A stretch of DNA of 64,000 nucleotides from Bilabrum cf. latius (taxonomy: Eukaryota): positions 1,364,001-1,428,000 of the forward strand of contig OZ237739.1 of assembly GCA_965178125.1 (NCBI GenBank), given 5' to 3'. Numbering within the stretch: position 1 is the first letter of the stretch; each line of letters begins with the position of its first letter. Under the pieces are notes generated by a model, which worked only from the letters and a program-made list of their open reading frames with translations, did no database searches and was not told the DNA's origin. The position numbers and the translations under genes are program-made. Shown here piece after piece: positions 24,782 to 38,641 of the stretch.

Positions 24782-27700
24782 ATGAAGCGTTCGAAGTTTG
24801 GGATCAAGTTTGGCAAGTCCTCGATCAGGGCGAAGGCCAATCGGAGCGCAGTTCACAAGAAGCCCTCTGGCCCTGCGGCTTCACCAGGTTTACTTGGCGA
24901 TTTGCAGCGCCTAGGAGAGTCCGACAGCGATGATGAAGAATCCACAAATCCAGATCGAGCTGTGGAGCAGTAGCAGGCGGCAGCACCGAAGGATGGACAG
25001 GATGCAGCGAAGTCTCCGTCGCAATACTATGGCGGCGGCAATTCAAAGCCACCGAGCTCAGCAGCGGGAGTAAACCAATAGTCTCGATTGTAGGGTCTTG
25101 CTGCGCTTAGAGAAGAACTAGAATCCAGGAAGAGAGAGGAGATCCGCAAAGCTGAGCGTCGCGTCTTGTCGAACGTGCCGCGAGGCAATCCGGACAGCAC
25201 AAATATTCACATTACAAACTTGTCCCCGTCTACAACGGAAGAAAGCCTAGTCTCGAAGCTCGGACGATTTGGACTCGTGGTATCCGTGAAGGTTATGTGG
25301 CCGCGGACACCAGAGGAGCGGGCCAAGGGGAGCAACAAGGCGTTCATAGCGTTTGCTACTAGGAAAGAAGCTGAGGATGCGGTCATGGCCCTGATCGGAA
25401 AGCCCCCGCTTCTAATTGATGGCGTGCGGTTGCAGATCCGTTGGGGGCAGCCGATTCCAGCGGGCCAGCTGGCGCGCCTCGTCGAAACCACCGGGGGACG
25501 AGGCATCAACCCCGGCGGCAGCGGGTCGTCGTCGTCGGCGGCAGGGACGCTACGAGGCGGAGCAGCGGGCATCCGGGCCGTTCTTGGTAGCGTTGCCGAG
25601 AGCCCTGCGATCCGACCAGGGGCGGTGGCGCCGGGTCACCACCCAAATGGTGGCAGGCCCCCGCCGAACAGCTATAACGAGCACGCTGCCGGCACCGGTC
25701 CAAGCCAGGCGCACGCTGCATCCGCCGACACGCCGTCAGTGGTTGGAAGCGGCACTGCTCAAGCAGCGCAGGCCGCTACTGAGGCACCTCAGTTCGTGCT
25801 CCCGCGACCACCTCCCGGCACGCAAGTCGCTCAGGTGCCCACCCCGAACAGCGTGTGGACGAGGCGTGCAGCAGACCTGGTTGCATCGTACGTGGCTGAC
25901 GTGGGCCCGGCCTTCGAACAGGCACTCAGGCAGAGAGAAGTAGCGCTGTGGAGCCCTGCGGCCGTCGCGGCACGGGCGGGGAGGGTGCCGGTGGAGGGTC
26001 TCACGGGGCGTGTGTCCGGGTGGGGGGATCCGTCAGAGGGGCTGAGGGCAGCAGCCGTGAGCGCGGCGGCTGCAGTGGGGCTGGGTGTCGGAGGAGACGG
26101 GGCGAGTCTGCACCCTGGACTGGGGAGGGGATTAGCGGGCGGGCAAGCACCTGGTGGTGCTCGCGGGTGGGGAGCCCAGCCCGAAGACTAGGCTCCTCTT
26201 GGAGGATTGGCAGCAGCAACAGCAGCAGGGACTGGAGGAGGCGGACCAGATACCAGTGCTGTACTCCGGCTCCCCGAAGCGACACCTGCAGTGGTGGCGC
26301 GATATGGGCCTAGTCCTCCTGCCGCGCTGGATTTTTCGTGGCTGTGGGAGCCCGCAGACCGCACGGAGGCCGGGTGCTACTACCGCTGGAGAGTGCTGTC
26401 GCTGCTGTGCGGGGCTCAGATGGACGAGTGGAGGGAGGCACCCTTCTAGTACAGCAAGCAGGGCGGCTGGTTGCGGCCACCCCCGTGCTCCCCGGGCCGT
26501 GTGGCGCGCCTGCGTCGCCGGGTATAGGCCGAGGAGGAGATGCACCGGCAGGCGAGCGAGGCCAGGGAACAGCACAGGCAGGCGAGGGCGAAGGAAATAC
26601 GGGAGCTGGCCAGTGCCACCAGCTCGCTAGACACCTTCAGGGATAAGAGGCAGGGCATTCGCCTGAAGCAGCACCTGAGGATGAAGCTGAAGCAGCAGCA
26701 GGAGCAGAACGACGAGGACGCAAAGGCTGGTGATGGGTCAGCCGGAAAGGCAAGGTGGGGCAAGTTTGCACCCGGCACGGAGTGCGGCTGGGCCGTCGAT
26801 GCTCCCGGGCACGCGTGGTCCGAAGCCGCTGAAGCCGCTGGAGCAGGCTCTCCAAGTATGGGCAAGGGCAGGGGCACTGGGCTGGTAACCAGTAGATGTG
26901 CCAACTCTCGTGGGGCAGTCCAAAGCAGCAGCGACGGTGACAGTGACAGCGATGCCATGGACGTGACTTCGCCAAAGCCAGGAAGTGGTGTTGCGAGTGG
27001 GGCAGCAGACCCATCACAGGGGCGAGGCAGCAGCGAAGACGGGGACAGCGCATCCGTCCTCACATAGCTGACTTGGACGGCCTCTGATGACGAGGATGAG
27101 GACGAGGTGTCGCAGGAGAGCAAGGCGGGTTCCGCGTCCGGAGCAGGCGGTGTTAGGGGGAGAGGGGGAGCGCTGAGCGAGATGGCAGACGAGGAGGCGC
27201 TGGCCATGTTTCCTATTGGCGGTCTGCAGCGGCCTAGTCCGCTCATTGAGACACCGCGAGTCATGCAGGAAAGCACTCAGCAGTAGCGGGACGGCGGTGC
27301 CGGCGACAGCGGCGGGGATGGGAGTGGGAGTGGCGATCGAGGTGAAGATATCGGGAATCGCGCTGGAGCGCTGCTGCCGGCGGTGGCTCCTCGCGGCGGA
27401 GACGTGCTGCCCCTCGGTGTCGCCAGCGTGATCGAGGTGCTGCTACGCACTATTGACACGTCTCGCGCATCCGTACGACGCGCGTGCATGTATATGATCG
27501 ATAACGCGCCCCTTGGGCCCGAGCACATGGCCAGCTGGATCGGGGATGCGCTGACCCTGCCAGCCACGCCACTAGGCACTCGGCTGGCTAGGATGTACCT
27601 GGTCAACGACTTGCTGGCCAATTCAAGCGCGCCGGTTCCTGGGGTGGGCGTGCTATGTGCCGGGCTGCAGAGGAGACTACCCGAGGCAGTCGAGGCTGCT

Positions 27701-28701
27701 GGTGCTGCCGCAGCCGCAGCCGCTTCCAGCGAAGCCTCTCGATCGCAGCTGGCCATGGACGGAGACGAGTCAGACAGCGACGATGGAACGCCGCGAGCTG
27801 GCGGGGGGGCAGCGTCCCTTGCCGGTGGCCTCCAGCCAGGTGGCTCGGCCAGTGGCAGAATGCAGTCGTCCGAGTTCCAGCTCCGAATCCAAGGCCTGCT
27901 CGAGTGTTGGTCCCGTCGAGGCGTGGTGTCTAGCCTGCAGGCGACGGGGCTCCGGTGCACGTTCGCCCTGTCGATCGCCGGGGGTGTGGACTCGCTGCCG
28001 AGGAGTAGACCGTCGGGAGGAGGGTCTGCACTCGGACCTGGGGCGGAGGAGTGGCAGCTGGATTACCTCGAAGCCGAGGTGGGTGGCGTGCAAGCTGCCG
28101 GGGGTGCTTCCGGCGAGTCGTCCTCCCAGGAGCATCAGCGCCTGGTGGCGCTGTGCCAGCAGAGCGGGCTGCCTTCCGGCGGCCCCTCCCGTCTGCTACT
28201 GGCACGGCTGTCCTGGCTTGCGGAATTCGCGCGCTAGCAAGGTATCGGTGGCATCGTGGGAGCCCCTCAGCTGGTGCGGGCGCGCGGGGCCCGGCAGGCG
28301 AGCAGGGAACAGCGCCGGAGGCAAGAGGAGGAGAGGGAGAGGCAGAGGAGCGCAATGGGCAGCAGCGGCGGGTGGGTGAAGAAACCTCGCATGCCCCTGG
28401 CAGCTGATTCCGCCGCTGCTGGAAGCGGAAGTGCGTCTGGGGTGTCGGAACAACAGTCACACGGGTCTAGCTCATTGTCTTCCTCTTCCTCATCTGCTGC
28501 CGCCAGTGGTGCCGCCGCCACGGCTGGTTGGGCGGCCGTAGGCGCCGACGACGAGGATGCGAGGAGGAGAAGATCCCTGGGTGGGAGCTGGTCGGCGCGA
28601 GGGGCGGGGCAGGGCGGGGGCATCTCTGCCAGTGGGGGGGCGGGGCTGCAGACGCCTGCCCAGGTTGCATTCGGTAAGCTGGCAGGGTGGGTCCTCCCCT
28701 C

Positions 28702-28768
<67 letters not shown>

Positions 28769-29026
28769 CAGCCTCTGAGTGGGGGGGATCAGGGGCGGGC
28801 TCAGGTCCGGTTCAGTTCCGATCCTAAAGTGGACGGTGAATGCCTACTCACCCACTTCCGGCTGGAGCCGCCCGCGCCCAGCGCCTCCAGGAGCCCTGCT
28901 ACCCTGAGGCGGCCGTCTGGTGAAACTGCCGGTGCCGGTGCTCCTGCCAGTGGCGGAGACAGGGCTCAAGCAGGCGTGGCCGTACAAGCGAAGCCGCGCA
29001 AATTGAAGCGACCTGCATTAAAGTGA
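24782..29026 (+). CDS. U2SURP: U2 snRNP-associated SURP protein (SR140-like: RRM, SURP, CID)
   Basis: RRM STNIHITNLSP...SVKVMWPRTPEE, SURP VASYVADVGPAFE, YYRWRVLSLL.G...WREAPF, CID ARMYLVNDLLANS. Ten in-frame TAGs (24971 to 28766), ending at TGA 29024. Confidence 0.88.
28703..28771 (+). repeat. (CAG)21-TAG-CAG poly-glutamine microsatellite within U2SURP
   Basis: Read directly from the sequence and in frame with the CDS. Confidence 0.95.
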
Positions 29027-29306
29027 GGCTGCAAATCAATTCGTGGGCTCCGCAATGCACGATGTTTTCAATAGTCCATCGCCCTCGCCACCACAGATCG
29101 GCGCCGCGAACCCTATCCTTCGTTTTGCGGAACATTAAACATTGAAACGCCGCCAAGTCCAGTCATACCTTATTTTCAGCGGACTACGGCAATCAGGGAT
29201 TGTTTTTCCCCTGCTAGTATTTTTGTTTAGGTAAAAATTAGCCTGCGGTACCTCAGGGCAGTTCTGAACCCGATACATTCTCGAGAAGTCTTGGTGGACT
29301 GCTTCG

Positions 29307-32300
29307 ATGAAGTTCGTTGAGATCCTGGCCTCGTACCTGCCATCCCTTATCGTTGAGCATGTACAAGACCATGATACAGCAGAAAAAGCCCCCGATAGGT
29401 CAACGTGAGCAGAGAGCGGGCAAGAGATCTCGCGAGTCTGCATCGAACGAAAACGCTGCCTGGGATTCGGTCGGGTGTTCAATGACCCAACTCTCCCGTC
29501 TAGTCTGAAAGTGCTACAGTGGTACCCCTCCGGTTTTTCTCTACCACCATCGCAGTATCGACACAATTTGCCTATTTGCAGATGTGAGCGGCTTTACGAA
29601 GCTCAGTGAAGCTATGGCAAAGTACGGCCCGGAGGGTGCAGAGCATCTGGCATTCTTCCTGAACTTTTACTTCGCCCAAATGGTGAAAGCCATAGCTGCC
29701 GAAGGCGGTGATATCTTTAAGTTTGCTGGAGATGCGATGATCGTGCTGTGGCCGGAGGGGGAGAGCCTCGAGACCAGGGCCAGGCACGCCATCCAGTGCG
29801 CCCTCACCGTCCAAACGAACCTGCACAAGGCAGAGCTCAGGGAGGGAGTCACGCTCAGCGTGAAAATTGGGATCGGTGTCGGGAAGGTCAGCGTGCTGCA
29901 CCTCGGCGGCATCCTCAAGCGCATGGAGTACGTGGCCGTCGGAGTTCCGCTCGTCCAGGCTTTCGGTGCGGAGCACCACGCCGAGGCGGGCGGGGAAGTC
30001 ATCGTGTCTCCGGCCATCTGGTCGCTCATTAAATCCTATGTGCGACCGCTGGAGGCGTGTGGGGACGGCTACATGCGGATTACAAGGTGAGTCATTGGCG
30101 CCCGTGTCATCAGCGTCCATGCCAGCACCAATGCGCGCGGTTCGTGTTTTCGTTCAGAACCTCGTCTTGCCTGACCAGCCCCTGCCTTGGCCAAAGGCTC
30201 GCTGCATTTTCACACCTTGTAAAATGCATCCAATTGGTATCGCCCTACGCAGAGACGGGAAGGGCGTCCCCGAGGGTGCCCTCAAAGCCAAGCTGCCCCG
30301 CCGCAACGTGCGCGCCCTCCTCGACGCTGTGGACGGGGCGGGGGCAGAGGTGGAAGGCAGGCTCAAATCATACTGCGCAGGGGCCATTCTACCGTGGGTA
30401 TCCCCGGAGGAGAAAGACCTCGAAAATTTCGGTGGCAATTTGAGAAACGTGACGGTGTTGTTCGTGAACCTGGGCCTGAAAGACCACGACCTCTTGGCAG
30501 CGGCCGAGTACAGAGACGCGATGCTGAGGGCGCATCGAACCCTGCAGGAAGTGCAGCAGGCAGTGTACCAGTACGAGGGCAGTGTGAACAAGTTCCTAAT
30601 GGACGACAAGGGCAGCACGCTGATCGCAGTGTTCGGTTTGCCCCCCCTATCCCACGAGGACGACGCCGTCAGAGGAGTACTGTCGGGGATAGGGCTTTGC
30701 GACAGGCTCTGGAACCTGGGGTTGAAGGCATCTGTGGGCATCACAACGGGCGTTGTATTTTGCGGCGTGGTGGGGTCGAACACGCGCAAGGAGTTCACAG
30801 TGCTGGGCGACACGGTGAACCTAAGCGCTCGTCTCATGCAGCACTCTGTTGGGACGGGAGGCGGGATCGTGGTGGATCACTCGATCAAGAGAGCGTGCGC
30901 AGGGCTGCTTGATTTTCAGGCGCTGGCTCCAATCAAGGTCAAGGGAAAGACCGGGCTGATTCGCATCTACAGGCCGTACCCTTCCGAGACGGAAGGTCTG
31001 TCTCTAGAGACCGGCCCGGCGCACCTGCCTCCCACAGCCCCGCTCATCTACCAGAACGTATACGAGCAGCAGCTGCAGCAGTACAGCAAGAAGTCCATCT
31101 TGGCACAGATGAGGTTCCTCGTGGCGAGACCGCAGGAGGGCGAGGTGAATCCCGGCGAGACAGAAGCAGCCGAGAGGGAAGAAATGGAGGGAGGCCCGTC
31201 CCAGGACCCGAACAGCCTGGCGGTCCGTGGCAAGGCAGGCGTGGAAATGGTTCCCATGCAGTTCGAAGTGTGCAGGCTGGGGGTGCTGCAGCCAGTCTCC
31301 GACAAACAGGTGGGCTCGCTTCTCCGCCGGGCGCCCCCGGCCTACACGCCGGCTACTCTGCCCCCCATAACGCAGATTGTGGTCAAGGTTGCCAGCCGGT
31401 TTAAGGACGCGAGCAAGGGCGGCGTGGACGGCCCGCTGCCGAACTACACCGCTTTGGAACAGCTCCCTGCGCCGCTCGTGGTGGACGACGAGGCCTCTTC
31501 CCTGCTCAAGCTGAGGGACTAGGCAGTGCGCGCGTGCATGGACGCGGGGCTGCTGGTCCGTGCCGCCAAGTCCAACGCCGCGGCAGCAGGCGACGCCAGT
31601 GGGGCTGGCGCTGCAGGTGGGGCTACGGGAGGGGCTGCCCGGCCGATCGCATCGGAGGAGTTTGTGCTGCTGATGGAGCACGGCACGCAGAGAGTGGTAG
31701 TCCCTGCCCTGGATATCCCGACCGTGTGGCTGCAAGTGCTGGCCATGGAGACTGAGATCATCGGGGCGGGAGGGAGCTCTTTGGGGGGCAGCGGGGGCGC
31801 CGGCACGCTGGAAGTGAAGCTGGTGCGCGCCCGGGACGTCAATGCAGTGGTGCCAAAGCACCTCGGCGCGATTGGCCGGCTGATCACTGCCAAAGTGGCG
31901 CTGTGCTCCAAGAGGCAGGGCAGCTGCGTGATCGTGGAGGGAGGGTTCGGCACGGGGAAAACCACGATCCTTCGCAAGTTTGCGCTGCAGACGATGCAGC
32001 ACAGGACGAGCGTCTTCGTCGGAACCGCCAACCCTTTCGAGCGCATGAATCCGTACGGCGTGTGGGGCCAGATCCTCACTCGTTATGTGGACCAGCTGGC
32101 GGACTTCTAGAGCAAGGCCAAGCGAAGGTCTACCGTGAAAGGTTCCATGGCCTCCAAGGCAGGAGCGGAAGATGCGGCCAAGCAAGGGGACGCTGCAGCG
32201 GCGGCGGCCAAGGAGGAGAAGGCCGCTCGCAGGCAGCTGCTGCTCGAGGCGATCCGGCCCCACCTGCCCAGCGAGGACCTGCTCAAGTACGTCGCGCTGC

Positions 32301-35300
32301 TGGGACCGCTCACAGGCACCTCCATCTAGCCGTCCGAGGAGCTGAAAGCGCTGCGGGTCGCGGCCAACCCCTCGGGCAAGAACCCCAACCCGCTGGCGAG
32401 CAGCACCACGCCGATCACCAAGCAGAAGGCGGCAACGGGACCCTCCTCGGGAGCAGGGGCGGATGGATCGGGCAAAGAGCAGCTGGCCGTCCGCACGTCG
32501 GCCGAACCGAGCCGTGCCGTGCTTGTTCAGGCCGCTGCAGCCGTGGAGGTGACCCCGGAGCAGGCGAAGGAAGCGATCTAGGAAGCCACGCAGCAGCTCA
32601 TTATGGCCGTGGTGCGATCCATCTGCGCCAAGCATCCAGCGGTTATCATGCTGGACGGATGCCAGCAGATGACGGAGCCAGCGTGGTCCGTAGCACGCAG
32701 GCTGGCGCAGGCGGCGTGCGCCCCGGCCAACTCGCCCGGCGCCGTGCAGTGCCTCTTCTGCATCGGCACCCGCCCCTGGGAGCTCTACACGGACATCATC
32801 TTTCAGAAGCCCCCTCCTTCGTACGTAGAGCTCATGGAGGCTCCAAGCGTGCAGGTGTGCAGGCTGGACCGGATCAGTTACACGGACGTGCGAGCTCTCA
32901 TCGCGTACGTCTGCAACTGGAACGGACCGATGGAAGCCACGCTGTCCGACCTCATCGACGCCAGGTGCCTGGGTAACCCCTTGCAGACGGCGGAGCTCGC
33001 GCTGCAGCTGGTGGCCAAGGGGCTAGTTGGCGTGATCCCGCCGTCGGCGGCAGGTGCAGCAGGTCGCGCGCCAGCCCCCGGCGAGTCCGGCACTGCGCTC
33101 ATCCCTGCAGTGGGCAAGCGCGACCTGACGAACGCGATATCGGCTGCCAAGTCCAAGGGACGCGACGTGAAGGTTCTGATGAAGGGCGTGCTGGCGCTCA
33201 AAGATGGTGTCGAGACGAGCATTCCCTACTGCGTGATGACTAGCCAGGCCTGCAGCGCCGTCGTGGACCGACGCACCACGCTGCAGCAGCTGGTGCTCAT
33301 GGTAGGAGCGCTGATCAGCCACACATCCAAGGGAGAGGCCGCCAAGTCTGGCAAGGCACCCGTAAGCAAGTCCATGTCCAGGATGAGCATCTCCGAGCAT
33401 GCGCAGTCCATGACTAGGAGCGCGGGGGGAATCACGGCTGCGGCGGGAGGGGGCAGCGCCCGGTCCATGCTGGCCTCCAGGCAGTCCCACAGCTTCAACG
33501 AGTCGTATCTGATGGACTGCTTCCCCTTCAAGTCCTACATGGAGGACGTCATCCGGACCTGTGAGGAGCTGACTCAGCTCGGGCTGCTGCACACGCGTAA
33601 GGTGGCTGCAATTGCAGGGTCCAAGGCGCCGCCGGAGGTGGTGTACACATTCGCCACTCCAGCCCTGGCAGACACGGTGCGGCTCAGGATGCTGCAGAAG
33701 AGAAGGAAGGAACTCGTCAAGGCCGTGCAGCGAGCGATCGAGCAGCGCGCGGATTTCGCCAAGCGGGCATACATGGGCAAGATGATGAAGCCCGGCGGGC
33801 CGGGCGGAGGCCCGGTGTCGGGGGCGGGGGCTGCGTTCGGCAAGAGCGGTAGCCTGCTTGTGCGCAAGAACATAGAGGCGAAGGGAAAGAGCGTGTTTGG
33901 GTTCAGCAGCCCTTGGAAGAACCGGCACGTCGTCCTGACGAAGACGAGGCTGACCATGTACCGTAGTGATGGGGGCGAGGAGGTGGGTGAAGTGGACCTG
34001 AAAGGGTCGAGCGCCACGGATGTGAACAGGAACGACGAGATCACGCAGGACTTTTGCTTCCGAGTAGACTGCCGGACGTGGTCCAAAAAGGGGCAGGCCA
34101 TGGCCAGCGGACGGGCGTTTTATCTTGCCGCTGCTAGCTCGAGCGAGGCGCAGGAGTGGGTGTACTTCATCAACTTTGCGGCCGACAGGATCAAACTAGA
34201 GGAGGCCCAGAAACTCAAGGCGGCTGGCGGCGCCGGAGGTGGCAAGCGGAGGCGCGGGCCGGTGGACAGCGACAGCGACAGCGACGAGGACGAGGACGAG
34301 GACGACATGTCTCCAGAGGACAGGATGAGGGTCGTGTTCCCGCCCGACAACAGGGTAGAGATCTTCGTGGGGGCCGGCAGGGACCTGCCGCCGGCGACGG
34401 CCGCGGGTCTTGCGGCCCCATACATCGAGGTATCTGTAGTGGCGCCCGCACCCGCCCAGGGGCTCCCCGGCGGCCGCAGCATCCCCGAGCTGCCCCCCGC
34501 AACGGGGTCACTGGGTGTCCCCATGTCCCCCCGGAGCCCTGGGCGCGCGGCTCGCAGCCTCACTTCGTCCAGCAGCATGGACCTCGAGAGCAGCGCCGCG
34601 GCAGCAGCGGCCCGGCACAGCTCCTCTCCCTCGGCCCATGGGGAGGCCAGCCCGGTGGTGCACTCGCGTGTGCTGCCCTCCACGAGGCAGCCAGACTGGG
34701 GCAAGGAACGCGTGGTTGTGCCTCTCTCGCCTGACCTGGCCGCGGCGGGGTATGTCGTGCTGAGGGTCAAAGACCGGAACAGGCAGCACGCGGACGAGAC
34801 CCTCGGCGCCGCCGTGATTCCGCTCACGGACCTGGAGCCCATCCCGCGCGACCCCGCCCAGGTGCAGACTGAGCTGAAGAAGGAAGCCGCCAAGCGAGCC
34901 GCCGAGGAGAAGGAGGCCAGGGACAAGGCCGAGGCAGACGGCTCCGTGACATTCGGTTCCGGATCGCGGGACCCGATGCGGAGGAGGCACTGGCTGGATC
35001 TGGTGGACACGAAGGAGGCGCCCTCGGACGCCAAGAAAGACAGGCTGCAGCTGAGGGTGCCTGCCGCCGTGCTGCTGGACCTGGCCAAGCAGGCGGGCTG
35101 GCACCTGCCGCCTGGTGTGCTCGGTTGCATGGGCGGCGTGCCAGCTGCTGACCTCTCTGAGGAGGAGGCGAAAGCAGCGGTGACCTTCGCGGCCGAGGCG
35201 ACGCAGGCGGCGCAAGAGGCCGCCTCGGGGGGCAAGAAGAAGGGGGCGAGCGGGAGGGAGCTCTCACTGCCCCTGCGGCAGCAGTGCGCGTGGGCCTGCG

Positions 35301-38300
35301 GCACTCTGGCCGTGTGGCTGCGGCTAGTCGTCACACCCTCCGTGGCCGAGGCGCTGGCGGCCCGCAGAGCAGAGGCAGCGGCGGCCATCAAATCGAGGAG
35401 GGATGCCTACGGGGCCATCCAGGCGGCGGGGGCCCTGGCAGACTCTGGTATCACACGGCTGCTGCTGCCAGGGTGGGTGAACAGGAGCGGGGAGATGGTG
35501 CCTCTGGGCGGGTCTCCAGCCCTGGACGAGGCCCACGTGGCCTTGGGGCTGGGGCTGGCCCGTCGGATCCTGGACGCGGCCTCCTCTGGCTTGGTGGGCC
35601 CCGGGGGCGATGGGGACATGGACGGTTCCGGCTACGTTGGAGCCATGATGCTCAGCAATGGCCGTCGCAAGTCGGGCATATCTTTGCATTCCGCCACGTC
35701 AGGATCGGATCGCATGGGCATGTTTCCTGCGGTCGCCGAGGGCGGCGCTGTGTCCCTGAGCCCAGGGGTATCGCTCAGCGCAGCGGGGGCCAACGCGGCG
35801 CTGGAACGGCTCGAGGCTGCCCTGCAGCTGCTCGGAGCACACGGGGCGGGGGCAGCCGACCCCGCGGCGCAGGCGATGGCGCCTGCCGCTCTCAAGGAGA
35901 TGCTTTCTTCGGCCGCGGTGACGCTGCGGCAGAGCCTGCGTGCCCAGCGGGGCGAGCTAGAGGATGGGAGTGCTACGGGTTTGACGAATGGCGGCGGCGG
36001 CGCTGGCAACGGGTCGGGCAATGACGAGCTGCTTGCGCTCACAGACGCCATGGAGGTGGACGAGACCAACCGCAGGTGGCTCATGGATTCGTACGGGGGC
36101 GGGTCCTCGGGAGCTGCGGGGGGAGGGGCGTCGTCTTCGAGGCTGACGTCAGCTAGGTCCGAGACAGGTGTGCTTGCGCTGGCCCCTGCCTTTCGGAAGG
36201 GGGTGCAGGCAAGGGGAGGTACCCGGAGGCATTCGGCCCTGCCTGCGAGTGCGGGTATCCTGAGATTCGGCGGGGCCAAGGGGGCGGCAAAAGCCAGCGG
36301 GGCATTCACGCCCCCGGGCAAGACTAGCTCCGGGGGCATCCTGCGCGGTGCGGTGGCCGGCCAGGTGGGGGGACCCGAGGATGCTGGCAGCATCAAGACA
36401 GACACCACGGAGGAGTCGGGAGGACTAGACGGGAGCGTGCCCGTGGAGCGCCGTGATTTCTCCAGAGTCCCGCACGGCGACAGGTGCGCCCTAGAGCCCG
36501 GCTACCTCCTGCGGGGCAGGCCGTTGGGGGAGGCCGCGGCGAGCGGAGGCAGGTACGGGTGGGGCGTCAGCTGGCTGGGGCTACCGGAGGAGGACAGCGA
36601 GCCCGCACCAGAAGGCGAGGCTGCCGGGCCGGCGGACCGAATAGGTCGCGGGGGCTGGCCCATGGACGGTGCGGAGAGGGTGAACTACGACTCGGCCGAG
36701 GGCGACGTGTAGGGTCCGTTCCGCGCGATGGACGTGTGGGACTGGTACAGCGAGGACTTTCTGCCTGCCGAGACGGACGTCCGGTGCGGGGACTGGGAGG
36801 GACAGCCCGAGCAAGAATTGCAAGAGGTGATCGATGCCGTGTTCCTGCGGAATCATGCGAGCAAGATGCGGTGTGCGATCCGTGGCAAAGTGCTTGCGGC
36901 CATCGAGGCAGCCAAGGCCGCGGACGAGGGCGAGGAGGCGGAGGAAGCAAGGGACGGGGAGGACCCGCATTCTACCGAGTACGACGAGGAGGATGAGGGT
37001 GGCGGGCTGGAGCCATCTCACGACCCAAGGAGCTGGCTCTTCGATTTCGAGGCGCTGGGGCTGCGGAGGGCCAACGACATGCTGCCAGTAGGCGTGTTCA
37101 GCTTCCTGCTGACGCGCCTGCCTCGCTTCGTACCCGTCAGCGAGAATTCCTTCGTTGCATTCCTCACCCAGGTGCACAGAGGCATGACCAAGACCGGCCT
37201 AAAGGAGGCTCCGTATCACTCCCTGCAGCACATCACGGACGTGACCCACGCCGCCACCGTCATGATGCTCAAGTGGAGGGGCGCTGCCTTGCTCACCGCC
37301 GACGAGTGCATGGGTCTCTTCTGCGCTGCGCTGTGCCACGACCTGGAGCACCCCGGCAGGACGAACGCATTCTAGGTAGCGACCGAGAGCGAGCTTGCCG
37401 TGCTGTACAACGACCAGGCCGTGCTGGAGAACCACCACGCGGCCAGGGCCAGCTCGATCATGAGCGAATCGGACCTGCTGGACCTCCTCCCGAGGAACAG
37501 GCGGCTGTCTGTGAGGCGACTGGTGGTGCAGGGCATCTTGGCGACTGACATGGGACACCACTTCGAGCTCGTGAACAAGCTCAGGAACCTGGGAGAGTCG
37601 CAGGGAACTGCCATCCAGGCGCTGCTCGAGCTGCCAGAGGCCGACATGCACGCGGCTGCAGGGCCGAGGCCAGGGGCTGCGGTGGACCCTGGCACCGCCT
37701 TTAGCAAGTACACTGGTATCCTGCCAGGAGACGGTGCGGCCGCCTCGATTGACAATGTGCCTGTGGTGGAGGGTACTGGGTCCTCTGCGACCAGCCCAGC
37801 AGGCACTCCCATGCTGGGGCCCAGCGACCGTCTTGTCGTCCTCAAGACGATCCTGCACGCGTGCGATATCTCCAACCCGACCCGGTCATGGAGGGCCAGC
37901 AAGCGCTGGAGCGACCGGTTGCTCCGCGAGTTCTTCGCCCAGGGCGATTTGGAGAAGAGGCTCGAGCTCCCAGTGAGCGCGAACATGGACAGGGAACAGA
38001 CGGACCAGAACAAGATGAGCCTTAATTTCATCGATTTCATTGTGGCCCCTCTGTACGTGGCAGCTGCGGCCATCCTCCCGGGTGCATCCGAGGCGTGTGA
38101 CATGCTCAACAGCAACCGCCGGAAATGGGAGGTGCGCATGGAGGCGGAGGCCAAAGCCAAAGGCGAAGGAGCGGAGGGAAACGGAGCGCCTCAAAAACCT
38201 GGCGCGGGTGCAGGGAACGGTGGTGCGGGCGCCGGGCAGAAAGCCGCCTGGAAACGTCGATCCACCGCGTTTCACCAGGTGCTCATGCCCATGGTGCATC

Positions 38301-38641
38301 GCATGAGGGTGCAAAGCACCGGGGATGCCTCATCGTCGCCTGGGGGGGCAGGACAAGGGGGTGTGGACGATGCTGCGGGGAGCGGGGAGGAGGCAGAGGA
38401 TTCGTCCCGGCGCGTGATGGCGCTGAATGCACTGTCCACGTTTGCGGCGGCTGCTTCTGGGGAGCTTGCCCCCGTGGGCGAGGAGGAAAGCGCGGCCGAT
38501 CCTGGAGGCGAGGCCGCTGGAGAGGCGGAGGAGGATGAAGAAGAGGAGGAGGATATGACGACGAGTGGGCTCGCCAGCGATGACGAAGAGATGCTGGGGT
38601 GGGGCAGCAAGCAGACCACCCCCGAGGGGTCCGTCGTGTGA
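29307..38641 (+). CDS. Soluble-type adenylyl cyclase (two catalytic domains) + P-loop NTPase + PH + C2 + class I cyclic-nucleotide phosphodiesterase fusion (~3005 aa)
   Basis: Exons 29307-29404, 29556-30086, 30253-38641. LASYLP, FADVSGFT, KFAGDA, NKFLMDDKG, LGDTVNLSARLM, Walker A EGGFGTGKT, PH WKNRHVVL..EAQEWV, C2 QPDWG..VKDR..DETLG, PDE YH..QH, CHDLEHPG, LENHH, ATDM, HACDISNP. TAGs at 31520, 32108, 32327, 32579, 36710 and 37373, ending at TGA. Confidence 0.88.
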
